Virus record (IMG/VR): IMGVR_UViG_3300037420_001273
Strand: one strand, 5' to 3'
DNA from: a virus
Length of the DNA: 64,000 nt
Shown here: positions 8,846 through 17,908 of the stretch, piece after piece
Layout: each line of letters starts with the position of its first letter
Position numbering within the stretch: position 1 is the stretch's first letter
Notes under the pieces: model-generated
The model's input: the letters and a program-made list of their open reading frames with translations, nothing else
The model's database searches: none
What the model was told of the DNA's origin: nothing
Position numbers and translations under genes: made by a program

Positions 8846-9966
8846 TCAGAGCTCCAGACGGACCGTTTCACCCCACGGGCCTTGCGTGTCGGTAGTAGCG
8901 CACCAGAGCACCGGGAACTGCACCGGCGCGTCGGGGAACGCGCCGTACATGTCGGTCAGGTAGATGAGCGCCTTCGGCTCGATGCCGTGCTTTTCGAGCC
9001 AGCGGAACGGGGGGCGGAAGTCAGTGCCGCCACCACCATGCGGCTTGACGAAGAACTCGTCCTCGGGGAGGAACTCGTCGACGTGGTTCACCGCAGCGTC
9101 GCAGTACATCACGATCGTCTTGCGCGGACGCACCTTGCTGCGGATGTCTTCGATCTCGGTCGCGAACGCAGTCAGCGTGGCCTGGTCGATCGAGCCGGAG
9201 GTGTCGATGACGGTGACGAGCTCACCCATCGACTCACTGTACATGCCGGGCAGGATGAGGCCGTGCGCGAGCATGCGCCGGTTCGGACGCGACCAGCTGT
9301 AGTCGTCTTTCGTGCGCTCGGTGACGAAGCGACGCAGCACGGCGCGCCAGTCGACCTTGCTCGCGGTGAGCTCATCGACGAACCGCTGCAGCGACGCAGG
9401 CAGTTTGCCTGCAGACTTGGCTGCATGCGCGGCCTGCATGACAGCGTCACGCCACTCGTCCCGTTGCGCCTCGGCCTCGTCTTCGTCGCCGCTGCCGTCC
9501 AGGACGACGTCCTGGCCTCTGTCGCCCTCGAGTTGGTCGGGCAGCAGGTTGTAGATCTGGTCCGCGGTGAAGTTCTTCCACGCCGGGTTCGGCTGGACCC
9601 AGTGCTTACCGAGCTGGAAGCCGGCGTCGACGATCATGTCATTGACGACATAGTCGGCGGCGATGTTCCACTTCGCCGCATTGCGCGAGCCACGGCGCGT
9701 CATGTGATCGAATACGCAGTGGCCGACCTCGTGCGCGACGGCGCTGCGCAGCAACGGGATCTCGGTCTCCATGACGAACGTCTCGTCGTAGTAGATCGTG
9801 CTGCCGTCAACGGCGAGCGTCGGCTTCAGGCCGCGCGACTTGAACATCGCGTGCGCTTCGGGCGGCATCGGCGTGAGCTTCAACCGAAGCGCCAGGGCGC
9901 CGAAGAACGGTTGCTCGATGAGCAGCGTGGCTCGGGCCTTGACCAGGCGCTTCAAGACTTGTTCGT

Positions 9967-9970
<4 letters not shown>
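8846..9970 (-). CDS. Zincin-like metallopeptidase (HExxH) fused to von Willebrand factor A domain
   Basis: HEVGH lies in the N-terminal half. A MIDAS-like VTVIDTSGSID and GGGGTDF lie in the C-terminal half. This architecture matches the metallopeptidase-VWA partners of MoxR ATPases (DUF2201-like, from memory). Confidence 0.85.
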
Positions 9971-10274
<304 letters not shown>

Positions 10275-10278
<4 letters not shown>

Positions 10279-10514
10279 TTGCGCTGTCTGTAGGAACAGT
10301 TGATGATGAACAACACGGCTGCCGTGTTGAGCTTCACGGTGCCACACTTATCGAGAACGGTGCTCGATGTAGGACCGTTCAAAGCGATCTCGCCGAGACC
10401 CTTCGTAGTGCCCCAATTGCGGACGACGCTTGCCTTCTCGAGTGTCTGCGCGTCAGCTTGTAGCTCTCCAATGAGCACCCAGCCGTTCGTGAGCACCACG
10501 ATCTTCTCGTTCAT
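10275..10514 (-). CDS. Hypothetical small protein
   Basis: 79-aa ORF (IVVLTNGWVLIGEL ... NWGTTKGLGEIALNGP). It is ATGA-coupled at both ends. Confidence 0.6.
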
Positions 10515-10726
10515 TTCGTCAACCTCAGTTGAATGACTTTGGACACGATCTCCTGCGCGTGCGGGAGAACTTCAGCGTTCTTTTCGATGTGGGCGATATA
10601 CTTGATGCGTTGAGAAGTTCTCCACCAGTTGCAGTACATCTGAGCTGTTTTGCCGAACATGTTCGGTTTCTCGATAGCAAGCGCTGCCAGCGCATGAGCG
10701 TAGAGATTGATCTTGTCGTGGTTCAC
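10511..10726 (-). CDS. Hypothetical small protein
   Basis: 71-aa ORF with 4-nt overlaps to both neighbours. Confidence 0.55.
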   Translation of the reverse strand: MNHDKINLYAHALAALAIEKPNMFGKTAQMYCNWWRTSQRIKYIAHIEKNAEVLPHAQEIVSKVIQLRLTK

Positions 10727-10974
10727 TGCAGCAGCTTCTTCGTGACTTCGTTGATCTCGTACCAGTCGCTTGCGAGTACCTCTTCGAATTCCGCGAGTAG
10801 GGCCTGCGCTTCAATGTCGCCGTTAGACGCCATCCGAACGCAGTCTCTGAAATCGTTGAAATGCGTGTCTGCGAGAGAAACGAACTTTGACTCTCCTGGG
10901 CGAAAGCTTTTGATCCTGTAGACCAGGTGCTTCCACGTCTCCAGTTCACGCTCAGTAACGAGTGCCTTCCTCAT
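10723..10974 (-). CDS. Hypothetical small protein
   Basis: 83-aa ORF with 4-nt overlaps to both neighbours. Confidence 0.6.
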   Translation of the reverse strand: MRKALVTERELETWKHLVYRIKSFRPGESKFVSLADTHFNDFRDCVRMASNGDIEAQALLAEFEEVLASDWYEINEVTKKLLQ

Positions 10975-11171
10975 GACTTCAACTTCTCTGCGACTTGGAA
11001 CGCGATCCAGCGCTCGTTGATCTCCAGTGCACGCGGCACACCGTCGGCTAGATCTTGTTCGAAGATCTCAAGGTCTTTACTCCACGAACGCGCGCTGGCT
11101 GTGTATTCATCGCCTTGAGATAAATCTGAGCATATCCAGAAATTTCCCCAGACGAACCACTGTTCTTTCAT
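10971..11171 (-). CDS. Hypothetical small protein
   Basis: 66-aa ORF with 4-nt overlaps to both neighbours. Confidence 0.55.
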   Translation of the reverse strand: MKEQWFVWGNFWICSDLSQGDEYTASARSWSKDLEIFEQDLADGVPRALEINERWIAFQVAEKLKS

Positions 11172-11455
11172 TCCGTCAGCTTCGCAATCACCAGGATGTA
11201 GCGCAGCTTCTCCTCGAGCGTGAGGTTTGCTGGAACGTCAAACACGTCCGGGTCGTTTTCTTGCCAGCTACGAAATTTGCCCCCGCGGCACCACTTGTTC
11301 GACTGTGCAGAGAAGAAGAATTTGTTGTCACCGTACACATAGCTGTAGAGCCTGTGTTCATCCCAGTTCCATTGCCCAGGTATCTGCGCTTTTTCGTGGC
11401 CTACGGTCAACAGACCTTCGATCGGCTCTGGAGCCGGGTCCTGGACCCACTTCAA
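11168..11455 (-). CDS. Hypothetical small protein
   Basis: 95-aa ORF with 4-nt overlaps to both neighbours. Confidence 0.6.
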   Translation of the reverse strand: MKWVQDPAPEPIEGLLTVGHEKAQIPGQWNWDEHRLYSYVYGDNKFFFSAQSNKWCRGGKFRSWQENDPDVFDVPANLTLEEKLRYILVIAKLTE

Positions 11456-11994
11456 TGCATTTCGCTCGGTTGCGGCGACAGCGACATGCGCCCGGTCACG
11501 CGCTCGTCAGGGTTTTCGCCGATCACGATCGGCTCACCGTCGGCCTTGCCCTTGTCGTCGAACGCCTGCGTCATCAGCGTGGTGTGTCCGGCCGTGTGCA
11601 CCTGCACCATCAGGCAAGTGCGCGAGCCGGGCAAGCCGTGGATCGAGCCGTCGTAAAACGGCTTGTCGCTGCGCATCATGCTGCCTTCGGTGAGCACGAT
11701 CCCGGCCACGATCTTGTCCGCTTCGAGCATTTCGCGGATGCCCTGGAGGGCGAAGTCCTTGCCGTTCGGCGTGTTGAGCAGCTTCGGCATCAGCCCTTCG
11801 GGCGCGAACTCGCCGCACACCTTGCCGTCAACGTCGTCAAAGCCGACGACCAGGAACATGTCCGGCTCGATCGTGGCTTGGTCCGCGGCGGTGTTGGGTA
11901 CCCAGTTCTCTTCGAAACACTGCGTTGCTGCGGCGAGCATCTCGCGGGCGAAACTCATCAGCGTCTTGCGCTGGTTGTCGGTCATGACGCGCAT
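11452..11994 (-). CDS. Hypothetical protein
   Basis: 180-aa ORF with good codon bias. It is coupled to the downstream gene. Confidence 0.7.
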   Translation of the reverse strand: MRVMTDNQRKTLMSFAREMLAAATQCFEENWVPNTAADQATIEPDMFLVVGFDDVDGKVCGEFAPEGLMPKLLNTPNGKDFALQGIREMLEADKIVAGIVLTEGSMMRSDKPFYDGSIHGLPGSRTCLMVQVHTAGHTTLMTQAFDDKGKADGEPIVIGENPDERVTGRMSLSPQPSEMH

Positions 11995-11996
11995 GT

Positions 11997-12551
11997 TCAG
12001 CTCCTGAAACTGGAGACGTCGATCTCGACGAGCTGCATCGGCTCGTCGACGGCGGGGGCGGGGACGGTAGCCGGAGGCGCTTTCGGTGCGTCGACGGTCA
12101 GGTGCCGAGTGGCGTCGATGAGCCCCATCGGACCGACGACAACCCCCTCGATGCGGACGAAGTACAGGTTGTTCGTGTAGTCGTAGATATTCGGCGGGTC
12201 CTCGTCGTCCTCGGTCTCCGGCTCGTCGGCGTAGTTGTAGGAAAAGCTGTCCGTGTTGCGCAGCACGCCTTCTTCTTGGTCGAAGTCGATGACCTGGTCG
12301 TCCTCGTCCGTCGACAGGATGAGCGGTGCTCCCAGCACGTTCGCGCGCACGAAGTGGATGTCATCGAGGCCGTGGTCGAGATAGAACTCTTCTCTCCACA
12401 GCGGGTTCTCAGGCACGAACACGAGCTCGCCGGCGCGCCAGTTGCTGTAATCGATGTACATCAGGCCCAGCGGCTCATTGCGCTTCGCACGCCCTTCGAT
12501 GATCGTAGCGATCTGCCTACGCAGCGCGTCGCACTTGTTGATCAGTAACAT
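11997..12551 (-). CDS. Hypothetical acidic protein
   Basis: 184-aa ORF containing an acidic tract, EPETEDDEDPP. Confidence 0.7.
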   Translation of the reverse strand: MLLINKCDALRRQIATIIEGRAKRNEPLGLMYIDYSNWRAGELVFVPENPLWREEFYLDHGLDDIHFVRANVLGAPLILSTDEDDQVIDFDQEEGVLRNTDSFSYNYADEPETEDDEDPPNIYDYTNNLYFVRIEGVVVGPMGLIDATRHLTVDAPKAPPATVPAPAVDEPMQLVEIDVSSFRS

Positions 12552-12675
12552 AGCCAGGTTCTCCTTCTCAAGGTCCCCGTGCTCTCCGGGGTGTCACGCG
12601 CTCACGACCCGACCGCGTTCATCGGGAAGGAAGGACTGCCGGGACCGGACTGGCTCCCGCCAGCCCCAGTCGTCC

Positions 12676-14112
12676 TTACACCTCGAGGCCGGCGTTGCGC
12701 AGCTTGGTCAACAGCTGCTCGGTCTCGGCGGAGGCGGTGCGCCGCACCAGCTCTTGCATCGTCGAGTCGACGGTCGGCTCGATGTCGCTGAGCTCGCTCT
12801 GCTCCTTGAGCAGGTTCAGCTGCATGCGCATGGTCTTCGCCGCCTCGACGAGCGCCTGCTCGCTCAGCTGCTTGACCTTCTCGCCCGGCTGCTGCAGGCG
12901 CAGCTGCGCCAGCTTCGCACGTTTGACCACCTCGGCGATGACCGCCGGGATGTGGCCCGCGAGCAGCTCACCGGCCTTGGTCAGGTCGGTGGCCTGGTCG
13001 ATCGACTCGGCGCCGTAGTGGCGCAGCAGCTTCTCGACCGCCTTCGCGTCCGGCGGCGTGACGTCGATCACGGCATCCAGGCGACCCGGGCGCAGCATCG
13101 CGGCGTTGATCTTCTTGAGCTCGTTCGTCGTCAAGACGACGATGAGATTCGCGCTCTTCGTGTCGATGCCGTCGATGATGTTGAGGATGTCGTCCATCGC
13201 GACGTCACGCTCGCCGCTGAGCGCGCGGTCGATGTCTTCGCAGAAGATCACGCAGGCCGGGCTCTGGTATTGCTTGGCGAACTCGATTGCGTCGGGCAGC
13301 TCGTCGGCGCGCGGTACATACAGGTACGTGATGCCGTGGTCGACGGCCAGCTTCGAGGCCACGCGGGCGGCCAGCGTCTTGCCGGTGCCGTAGGTGCCGC
13401 CCAGCAGCACGCCGCGCTTGATCGTCAGGCCGTTGTCGATGCAGTCCTGCACGCGCTCGATCGGCGTGAACAGGCTGGTCTCGACGGCAGCCATGACGTC
13501 GTCGCTGTAGATCAGCTGCTCGCGGCGGATGTCGGACGTGTCCATGAACTTCGGCTCGGGCATCTCCAGCGCCTGGCCGTTGTCGTCCTTGAAGCGCATC
13601 TTGATCGCCTGACCACGGTACAGGCTGAACTCGGCGGCTTCGCGACGCAACTCCTCGAAGATCTTCTGGATCGTCGCCTCGTCCTTGCGCTTGACGTTGG
13701 CCGACAGGTGGAACACGAACCGCGCGCCCTTCTTGCCGACGCCGGTTTGCAGCAGGCCGTCGACCTTGGGCAGGCTGAACGAGCCCCAGGGGACCTGGAT
13801 CTTGGAGGTCGGGCCGGTGTCGATCGAGATCAGCTGCGGCGGCTGCGGGCCGAAGAAGCCCGGGGTGGCGGTTGCGGCTGACCAGCCGAACTTGCGCGTC
13901 AGCACGCGATCCAGCAGGTACGCACCGTCCCAGGGGAAGACGTCGAACGTCTCCTGGATGCCGACGGCTTCCTCGAGGAACTGCTGCCGGCGCTTGAGCA
14001 GCTCGATCGCGTCGGTGATCGGCATGCCCTCGGGGAGGACCATCTTCTCGCCGTGGTAGACGATGTCGGCCACATGGGCCTGCGGGCCCGCATCTTTCAG
14101 GTTCTTGCTCAC
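12676..14112 (-). CDS. AAA+ ATPase (classical AAA clade, single ATPase domain with N-terminal extension)
   Basis: Walker A GGTYGTGKT, Walker B VIFCEDID, sensor-1 VLTTN, Arg-finger region LRPGRLD. The start is GTG, overlapping the upstream stop (GTGA). Confidence 0.88.
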   Translation of the reverse strand: MSKNLKDAGPQAHVADIVYHGEKMVLPEGMPITDAIELLKRRQQFLEEAVGIQETFDVFPWDGAYLLDRVLTRKFGWSAATATPGFFGPQPPQLISIDTGPTSKIQVPWGSFSLPKVDGLLQTGVGKKGARFVFHLSANVKRKDEATIQKIFEELRREAAEFSLYRGQAIKMRFKDDNGQALEMPEPKFMDTSDIRREQLIYSDDVMAAVETSLFTPIERVQDCIDNGLTIKRGVLLGGTYGTGKTLAARVASKLAVDHGITYLYVPRADELPDAIEFAKQYQSPACVIFCEDIDRALSGERDVAMDDILNIIDGIDTKSANLIVVLTTNELKKINAAMLRPGRLDAVIDVTPPDAKAVEKLLRHYGAESIDQATDLTKAGELLAGHIPAVIAEVVKRAKLAQLRLQQPGEKVKQLSEQALVEAAKTMRMQLNLLKEQSELSDIEPTVDSTMQELVRRTASAETEQLLTKLRNAGLEV

Positions 14113-14279
14113 GTAGGTTTCCTTCTTTCGGTCGATTGCAGGAGTGCCTTCTTGACCAGCTCGACCTGGTACCGTTCAAGAAGTCTTTGCGCGAATGCTT
14201 CGCCTTTGGCTGCGCGTTCTTGGGCTATGAAGTCATACGCCTCGCGTGCCTTGAACCAAGCGTCTATGTCGAATCTCAC
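14109..14279 (-). CDS. Hypothetical small helical protein (56 aa, below ORF-track cutoff)
   Basis: Own translation from GTG 14279: (M)RFDIDAWFKAREAYDFIAQERAAKGEAFAQRLLERYQVELVKKALLQSTERRKPT. There is a GTGA overlap with the AAA gene start and a GAAGG sequence upstream. Confidence 0.4.
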   Translation of the reverse strand: MRFDIDAWFKAREAYDFIAQERAAKGEAFAQRLLERYQVELVKKALLQSTERRKPT

Positions 14280-14293
14280 TTAGACCTTCGATT

Positions 14294-15322
14294 TCAGGTC
14301 AACACCTCGTGGTTCTTCACAGCCCAGTTCGTGAACGCCTTCGACTTGCTGATGCTCTCGTCGCGACGCACGCTGTCGCGCACGAACACGACCTGGAACT
14401 CCTCGGGCAGGCGCGAGGTGTACTGCATCAGAATGTCGAAGTTGTCCGGGGTGGCGCGGATGGCCAGGCTCGTGGTCAGCGCGTAGAGCACCGCCGGCTT
14501 GTCGCGGCCGGGCACCGGCGCTTCCTTCGGCTTGAGCATGATCACGTCCGGGTGGGGCAGCTCGCGGTACACGTTCAGGAACGTGAGGAACTCACCCGCA
14601 GCGCCTTCGCCGACGGTGCCCTTGAGCACCTCGCGCTCGACCGCCGGCGGCAGGTGGTTCTTGATGATGTCGTTGACGAACATCCAGCTGCGCGGGCTCG
14701 GAAACGCGCGCGGGTTGCTCGCAGCGTCGAATGAGTGCAACAGGTTCGACTTGAAGCGCAAGAACGCGAGTACCTCCTCGTGGATGCCGTTCTTGAGCGC
14801 CCAGTCGCTGAAGTCGTCCAGGTTCACCTCGAAGTCGAGGTGGATGAACCGGTTCGCCAGCGCGGCGGGCATGGCGTGTACGACCGAGCGGTCACTGGCA
14901 CGGTTGCCGGCGGCGATGATCGACCAGCCGTCGGGCAGGACGTACTCGCCGATGCGGCGGTCGAGGATGAGCTGGTAGCCCGCGGCCTGCACCGACGGCG
15001 GAGCGCTGTTCATCTCGTCGAGGAACAGCACGCCTTCGGACTCGTTCGGCACTTCCTTCGATCCCTTCTTGACCGTCATCGGGGGCAGGAAGTCCGGCGG
15101 CAGCCAGCTCATGACCTTCTTGACGGTGTCGGGCACGGGGAAGCCCTTCAGGTCGACCGGGTCGAGCAGGCTCATGCGCACGTCGCGGAACTCCTTGCAC
15201 TGGCTGTCGGCGACTTGGCGAGCGACAGCGGACTTGCCGACGCCGGGCGGGCCCCAGATGAAGACGGGGCGCTTCTTCTCGATGGCGACGTTGAGGGCCT
15301 TGGCGATGTCAGACGGTTTCAT
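14294..15322 (-). CDS. MoxR-like AAA+ ATPase
   Basis: Walker A GPPGVGKS, Walker B VLFLDEMNSA, IIAAGN sensor region. The 342-aa size is typical of MoxR/AAA_5 proteins that pair with VWA proteins. Confidence 0.88.
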   Translation of the reverse strand: MKPSDIAKALNVAIEKKRPVFIWGPPGVGKSAVARQVADSQCKEFRDVRMSLLDPVDLKGFPVPDTVKKVMSWLPPDFLPPMTVKKGSKEVPNESEGVLFLDEMNSAPPSVQAAGYQLILDRRIGEYVLPDGWSIIAAGNRASDRSVVHAMPAALANRFIHLDFEVNLDDFSDWALKNGIHEEVLAFLRFKSNLLHSFDAASNPRAFPSPRSWMFVNDIIKNHLPPAVEREVLKGTVGEGAAGEFLTFLNVYRELPHPDVIMLKPKEAPVPGRDKPAVLYALTTSLAIRATPDNFDILMQYTSRLPEEFQVVFVRDSVRRDESISKSKAFTNWAVKNHEVLT

Positions 15323-15356
15323 TCACGGGTCCTTTCTTCCGTGGGGTTGAGGGATT

Positions 15357-15605
15357 TCAGTCTTTTATGAGCTGCAGGTATGCGATCGCAGCTTCCTTGG
15401 TGTCGAAGCTTGGGTTGCTGATGCGTTCGTTTAGCGCTGGTATGTCCGAAACGATCCACCAGCGGTTGTCGTCAATGAAGCGCACAACGACAACAACGAT
15501 TCCCTTGATATTCCACTCTCCTTCGGTGTGGAGAAGCACGTCGTAGTGCCTGCCGAAAGGGCCGTAACTCAACGGCGGATTGCGTATCTGCTGTTCGATC
15601 TTCAT
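15357..15605 (-). CDS. Small paralog family member 1 (WW ... FDTxEAA motif)
   Basis: 82 aa. It contains NRWWIV ... SFDTKEAAIAYLQLIKD. See the paralog-array finding. Confidence 0.6.
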   Translation of the reverse strand: MKIEQQIRNPPLSYGPFGRHYDVLLHTEGEWNIKGIVVVVVRFIDDNRWWIVSDIPALNERISNPSFDTKEAAIAYLQLIKD

Positions 15606-15838
15606 GCCAGCAACCTCAGTGCGGCGTAGGCTGCTTCAGCGGTATCGAACGGGTCGATGTCTTCGAAGCGCTTCTCGTCGTGGGAATCGTCGGGAACAAT
15701 CCACCATTTATTGTCGGTTGCGAGTTGAGTAACGACGCAGTCGATGCCTTTGATCTGCGTGTTGAAGCTGTTGTCGTAGAACAGGTATACAACCGTGGTG
15801 CCGCGATGCGGTTCGCAGGCCGGTTTGAGCTTGAGCAC
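15602..15838 (-). CDS. Small paralog family member 2
   Basis: 78 aa with a GTG start. It contains NKWWIV ... PFDTAEAAYAALRLLA. Confidence 0.6.
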   Translation of the reverse strand: MLKLKPACEPHRGTTVVYLFYDNSFNTQIKGIDCVVTQLATDNKWWIVPDDSHDEKRFEDIDPFDTAEAAYAALRLLA

Positions 15839-15839
15839 C

Positions 15840-15995
15840 TTAGACCCCGAGACGAGTCTTCAGCGAGGCCAGCTCGATGGCCTTACGCTCGGCGTACTTC
15901 GGGTCTTTGGCCGCCTTGGCCTCGTCGATCGTGAAACGCTCGAGGGCGTGGCGGCGGCGTGCTTGGTGTGCTTGGGAGAGGGGTGCCTTCTTCAT
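15840..15995 (-). CDS. Hypothetical small basic protein
   Basis: The start was moved to MKKAPLS (ATG 15995) with GGAG upstream. The longer ORF-track version reads through the intergenic TTAGATCGAAC motif. Confidence 0.4.
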   Translation of the reverse strand: MKKAPLSQAHQARRRHALERFTIDEAKAAKDPKYAERKAIELASLKTRLGV

Positions 15996-16013
15996 GGCCT
16001 TGTAGGCTCCAAA

Positions 16014-16040
16014 GGTTAGATCGAACGAAGAGATTAGATC
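16014..16040. promoter_or_regulatory. Dispersed motif instance
   Basis: ggttagatcgaacgaagagattagatc, upstream of the ATG at 15995. Confidence 0.55.
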
Positions 16041-16073
16041 ATGCGACGAAGCGCGTGGTCTACTGGTTTTCAC

Positions 16074-16313
16074 TCACTGGCGTAGCGTGCGTGCAACTTC
16101 TTGCGCAAGGTGATCTCGCGCTGCAGCGATGTAGAGGCGCATGGCAGTGATCGTGTAGTACTGCAGATACGGAAACTCGCTGCGATAGAAATGTTGAGGG
16201 CAGAGGCTCCGCATACGCCGGCGTGTGCGTCGGTTGAGCAGCAACGTGATCGTCGGCGGCTTAGCTCGGTCGCACCTGGCTTCGAGCGTGTCGAGGAACT
16301 CGTGGTCAGTCAT
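16074..16313 (-). CDS. Hypothetical small protein
   Basis: The start was taken at MTDHEF (ATG 16313), which forms an ATGA overlap with the upstream stop. Length is 79 aa. Confidence 0.5.
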   Translation of the reverse strand: MTDHEFLDTLEARCDRAKPPTITLLLNRRTRRRMRSLCPQHFYRSEFPYLQYYTITAMRLYIAAARDHLAQEVARTLRQ

Positions 16314-16537
16314 TTGCGCAGACGTCCCCACGCGAGAGCTTCAGCAGCACTGTCGAACGTCTTCACGACGTCGTTGCTCAGGAGGTAGCGTCCGATCCAC
16401 TCGGCAGCTTCTTCCTGCGTGTCGAATCCAGGTGATGGATCGTTCCAGAAAGGCATCCACCAGCGACGGTAATGCGGGTCGAACCTGCCTGATGGCAGTT
16501 GAACGATGCGCACACGCGTACGGAAGGGGTTTTTCAT
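16310..16537 (-). CDS. Small paralog family member 3 (motif present twice)
   Basis: The start was taken at MKNPF (ATG 16537, ATGA overlap). It contains RRWWMP ... GFDTQEEAAEWIGR and a second TFDSAAEALAWG. Confidence 0.55.
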   Translation of the reverse strand: MKNPFRTRVRIVQLPSGRFDPHYRRWWMPFWNDPSPGFDTQEEAAEWIGRYLLSNDVVKTFDSAAEALAWGRLRK

Positions 16538-16722
16538 TTCTTCACCGGCGCTTGATGCTTCGCCCATTCTTCGAGCTGCTCTGCCGTCATCTCCTTGGGG
16601 CAGTACTCGAGCATGAGCGCATCGATCCTGGCTTGAAGAGCTTGCGCGTCTTCGTAGCGCACGTAACGGCCGTCTTCACGAACGACCATCGCGACATTGG
16701 GCTCGGGGTTGAATCGAATCAT
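16534..16722 (-). CDS. Hypothetical small protein
   Basis: The start was taken at MIRFNPEP (ATG 16722, ATGA overlap). Length is 62 aa. Confidence 0.5.
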   Translation of the reverse strand: MIRFNPEPNVAMVVREDGRYVRYEDAQALQARIDALMLEYCPKEMTAEQLEEWAKHQAPVKK

Positions 16723-16934
16723 TGCGTCAAGACCTTGTAGGCGTATGCAGCTTCGGCGGTGTCGAAGGGGCCGTAGTAACTGGCGGGTGGTGGGGCGGCG
16801 TTGTAGACCCAATACTTGCTGGTGCGGTATTCACGAACGACGCCCCAACTGTTTTCAGCATCTGCGACCCATAATTGGTCGTACCACATGCCCCACCACG
16901 AAAGATTCGTGGATTTGAGTGTCTCGGGCTTCAT
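16719..16934 (-). CDS. Small paralog family member 4
   Basis: The start was taken at MKPETL (ATG 16934, ATGA overlap). It contains SKYWVY ... GPFDTAEAAYAYKVLTQ. Confidence 0.6.
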   Translation of the reverse strand: MKPETLKSTNLSWWGMWYDQLWVADAENSWGVVREYRTSKYWVYNAAPPPASYYGPFDTAEAAYAYKVLTQ

Positions 16935-17203
16935 TCCTTGAGCAACAGCAGCGCTGTTTCCGCGGCTTCGAGTGTGTCGTACGGGCCGACGTTGTCGAAC
17001 TCCGCGTCTTCGTCGTGTGGTGTGATCCACCACTTGTCGTCGTCGAGGAACTGGCCGATGCCTACGCTGACGCCTTTGACAACTGGTGCGGAAGGTTTAG
17101 AGCCGCTACCGTACCAGTGGATGTATTTGCGTCGTGTAGGTATATGCACGAACGACACGTCGTACATGGGCTTCTCGACGTGGTGAGGCAGGAAATTGCT
17201 CAT
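16931..17203 (-). CDS. Small paralog family member 5
   Basis: The start was taken at MSNFL (ATG 17203, ATGA overlap). It contains DKWWIT ... GPYDTLEAAETALLLLKE. Confidence 0.6.
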   Translation of the reverse strand: MSNFLPHHVEKPMYDVSFVHIPTRRKYIHWYGSGSKPSAPVVKGVSVGIGQFLDDDKWWITPHDEDAEFDNVGPYDTLEAAETALLLLKE

Positions 17204-17424
17204 GACGTTAGCACCAGTACAACGTACGCAGCTTCGAACGTGTCGAAGGGACCGTTGACTACACCAACTTTGCGGAGTGTGTTGCGCACCCAAAACTTGT
17301 GGTTCGTGTCTTCCCAGATACGCCAGTGGTTAGACGGTTCTTTTATCCACCAATGCAGTATTTGGAAGCCGTAGCACGCGTTTATATCACCTTGTGTTGG
17401 TTGAAATGGACCTTTGAGCTTCAT
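17200..17424 (-). CDS. Small paralog family member 6
   Basis: 74 aa. It contains HKFWVR ... GPFDTFEAAYVVLVLTS. Confidence 0.6.
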   Translation of the reverse strand: MKLKGPFQPTQGDINACYGFQILHWWIKEPSNHWRIWEDTNHKFWVRNTLRKVGVVNGPFDTFEAAYVVLVLTS

Positions 17425-17429
17425 GCCTT

Positions 17430-17675
17430 TCAGTCTTTCATGAGCACGACGGCGGTGTGCGCGGCTTCGATGCTCGTGTACGGACCATAGCGCGACGGAT
17501 TCTCGAACTCACACGCTTCGATCCAGAACTCACCGTTCTTGTACTCGGCGATAAGTACCTCAACGCCCTTTATGGACCATTCGCTGTCGTTGCCGAACGG
17601 AGTAGCTGACCAATATCGCCTGATGCTTTGTTCTCGGCCGTTGTAGTTCACCGGCGGAAACGTGTGGAGCTTCAC
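17430..17675 (-). CDS. Small paralog family member 7
   Basis: 81 aa with a GTG start. It contains GEFWIE ... GPYTSIEAAHTAVVLMKD. Confidence 0.6.
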   Translation of the reverse strand: MKLHTFPPVNYNGREQSIRRYWSATPFGNDSEWSIKGVEVLIAEYKNGEFWIEACEFENPSRYGPYTSIEAAHTAVVLMKD

Positions 17676-17681
17676 GGGATG

Positions 17682-17908
17682 TCAGTCCTTGAGCAGCTGG
17701 ACGACAACATGAGCCTCTTTGAGCGTGTCGTAGGGACCGTACTCGAATGAGTTGGACATGTCTTGGTATGGGACGATGAAGAACTTGCCCCTGTGCTCGA
17801 GGCCATGTCTCCTTTTATGAACCAGCTACCTATGTCAGGTATCCAAATGTCTTTGTACTCTCTGTTGCGTGCGGTTTTGGCGATCCAATGAACTCGGCAG
17901 AGCTTCAT
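17682..17908 (-). pseudogene. Small paralog family member 8, split by a 1-nt frame change at an A4 run
   Basis: The N-terminus MKLCRVHWIAKTARNREYKDIWIPDIGSWFIK is in one frame. The family C-terminus, RRHGLEHRGKFFIVPYQDMSNSFEYGPYDTLKEAHVVVQLLKD, is in the -1 frame and stops at 17682. The junction is at ttttat on the plus strand (17813-17818). Confidence 0.55.

Noticed and set aside
12552-12675. Structured GC-rich spacer after the AAA ATPase gene as a terminator.
   Set aside because: Nested inverted repeats are visible (gactgg...ccagtc, aaggac...gtcctt) but there is no U tract. The operon appears to continue, so the evidence is too weak to call.
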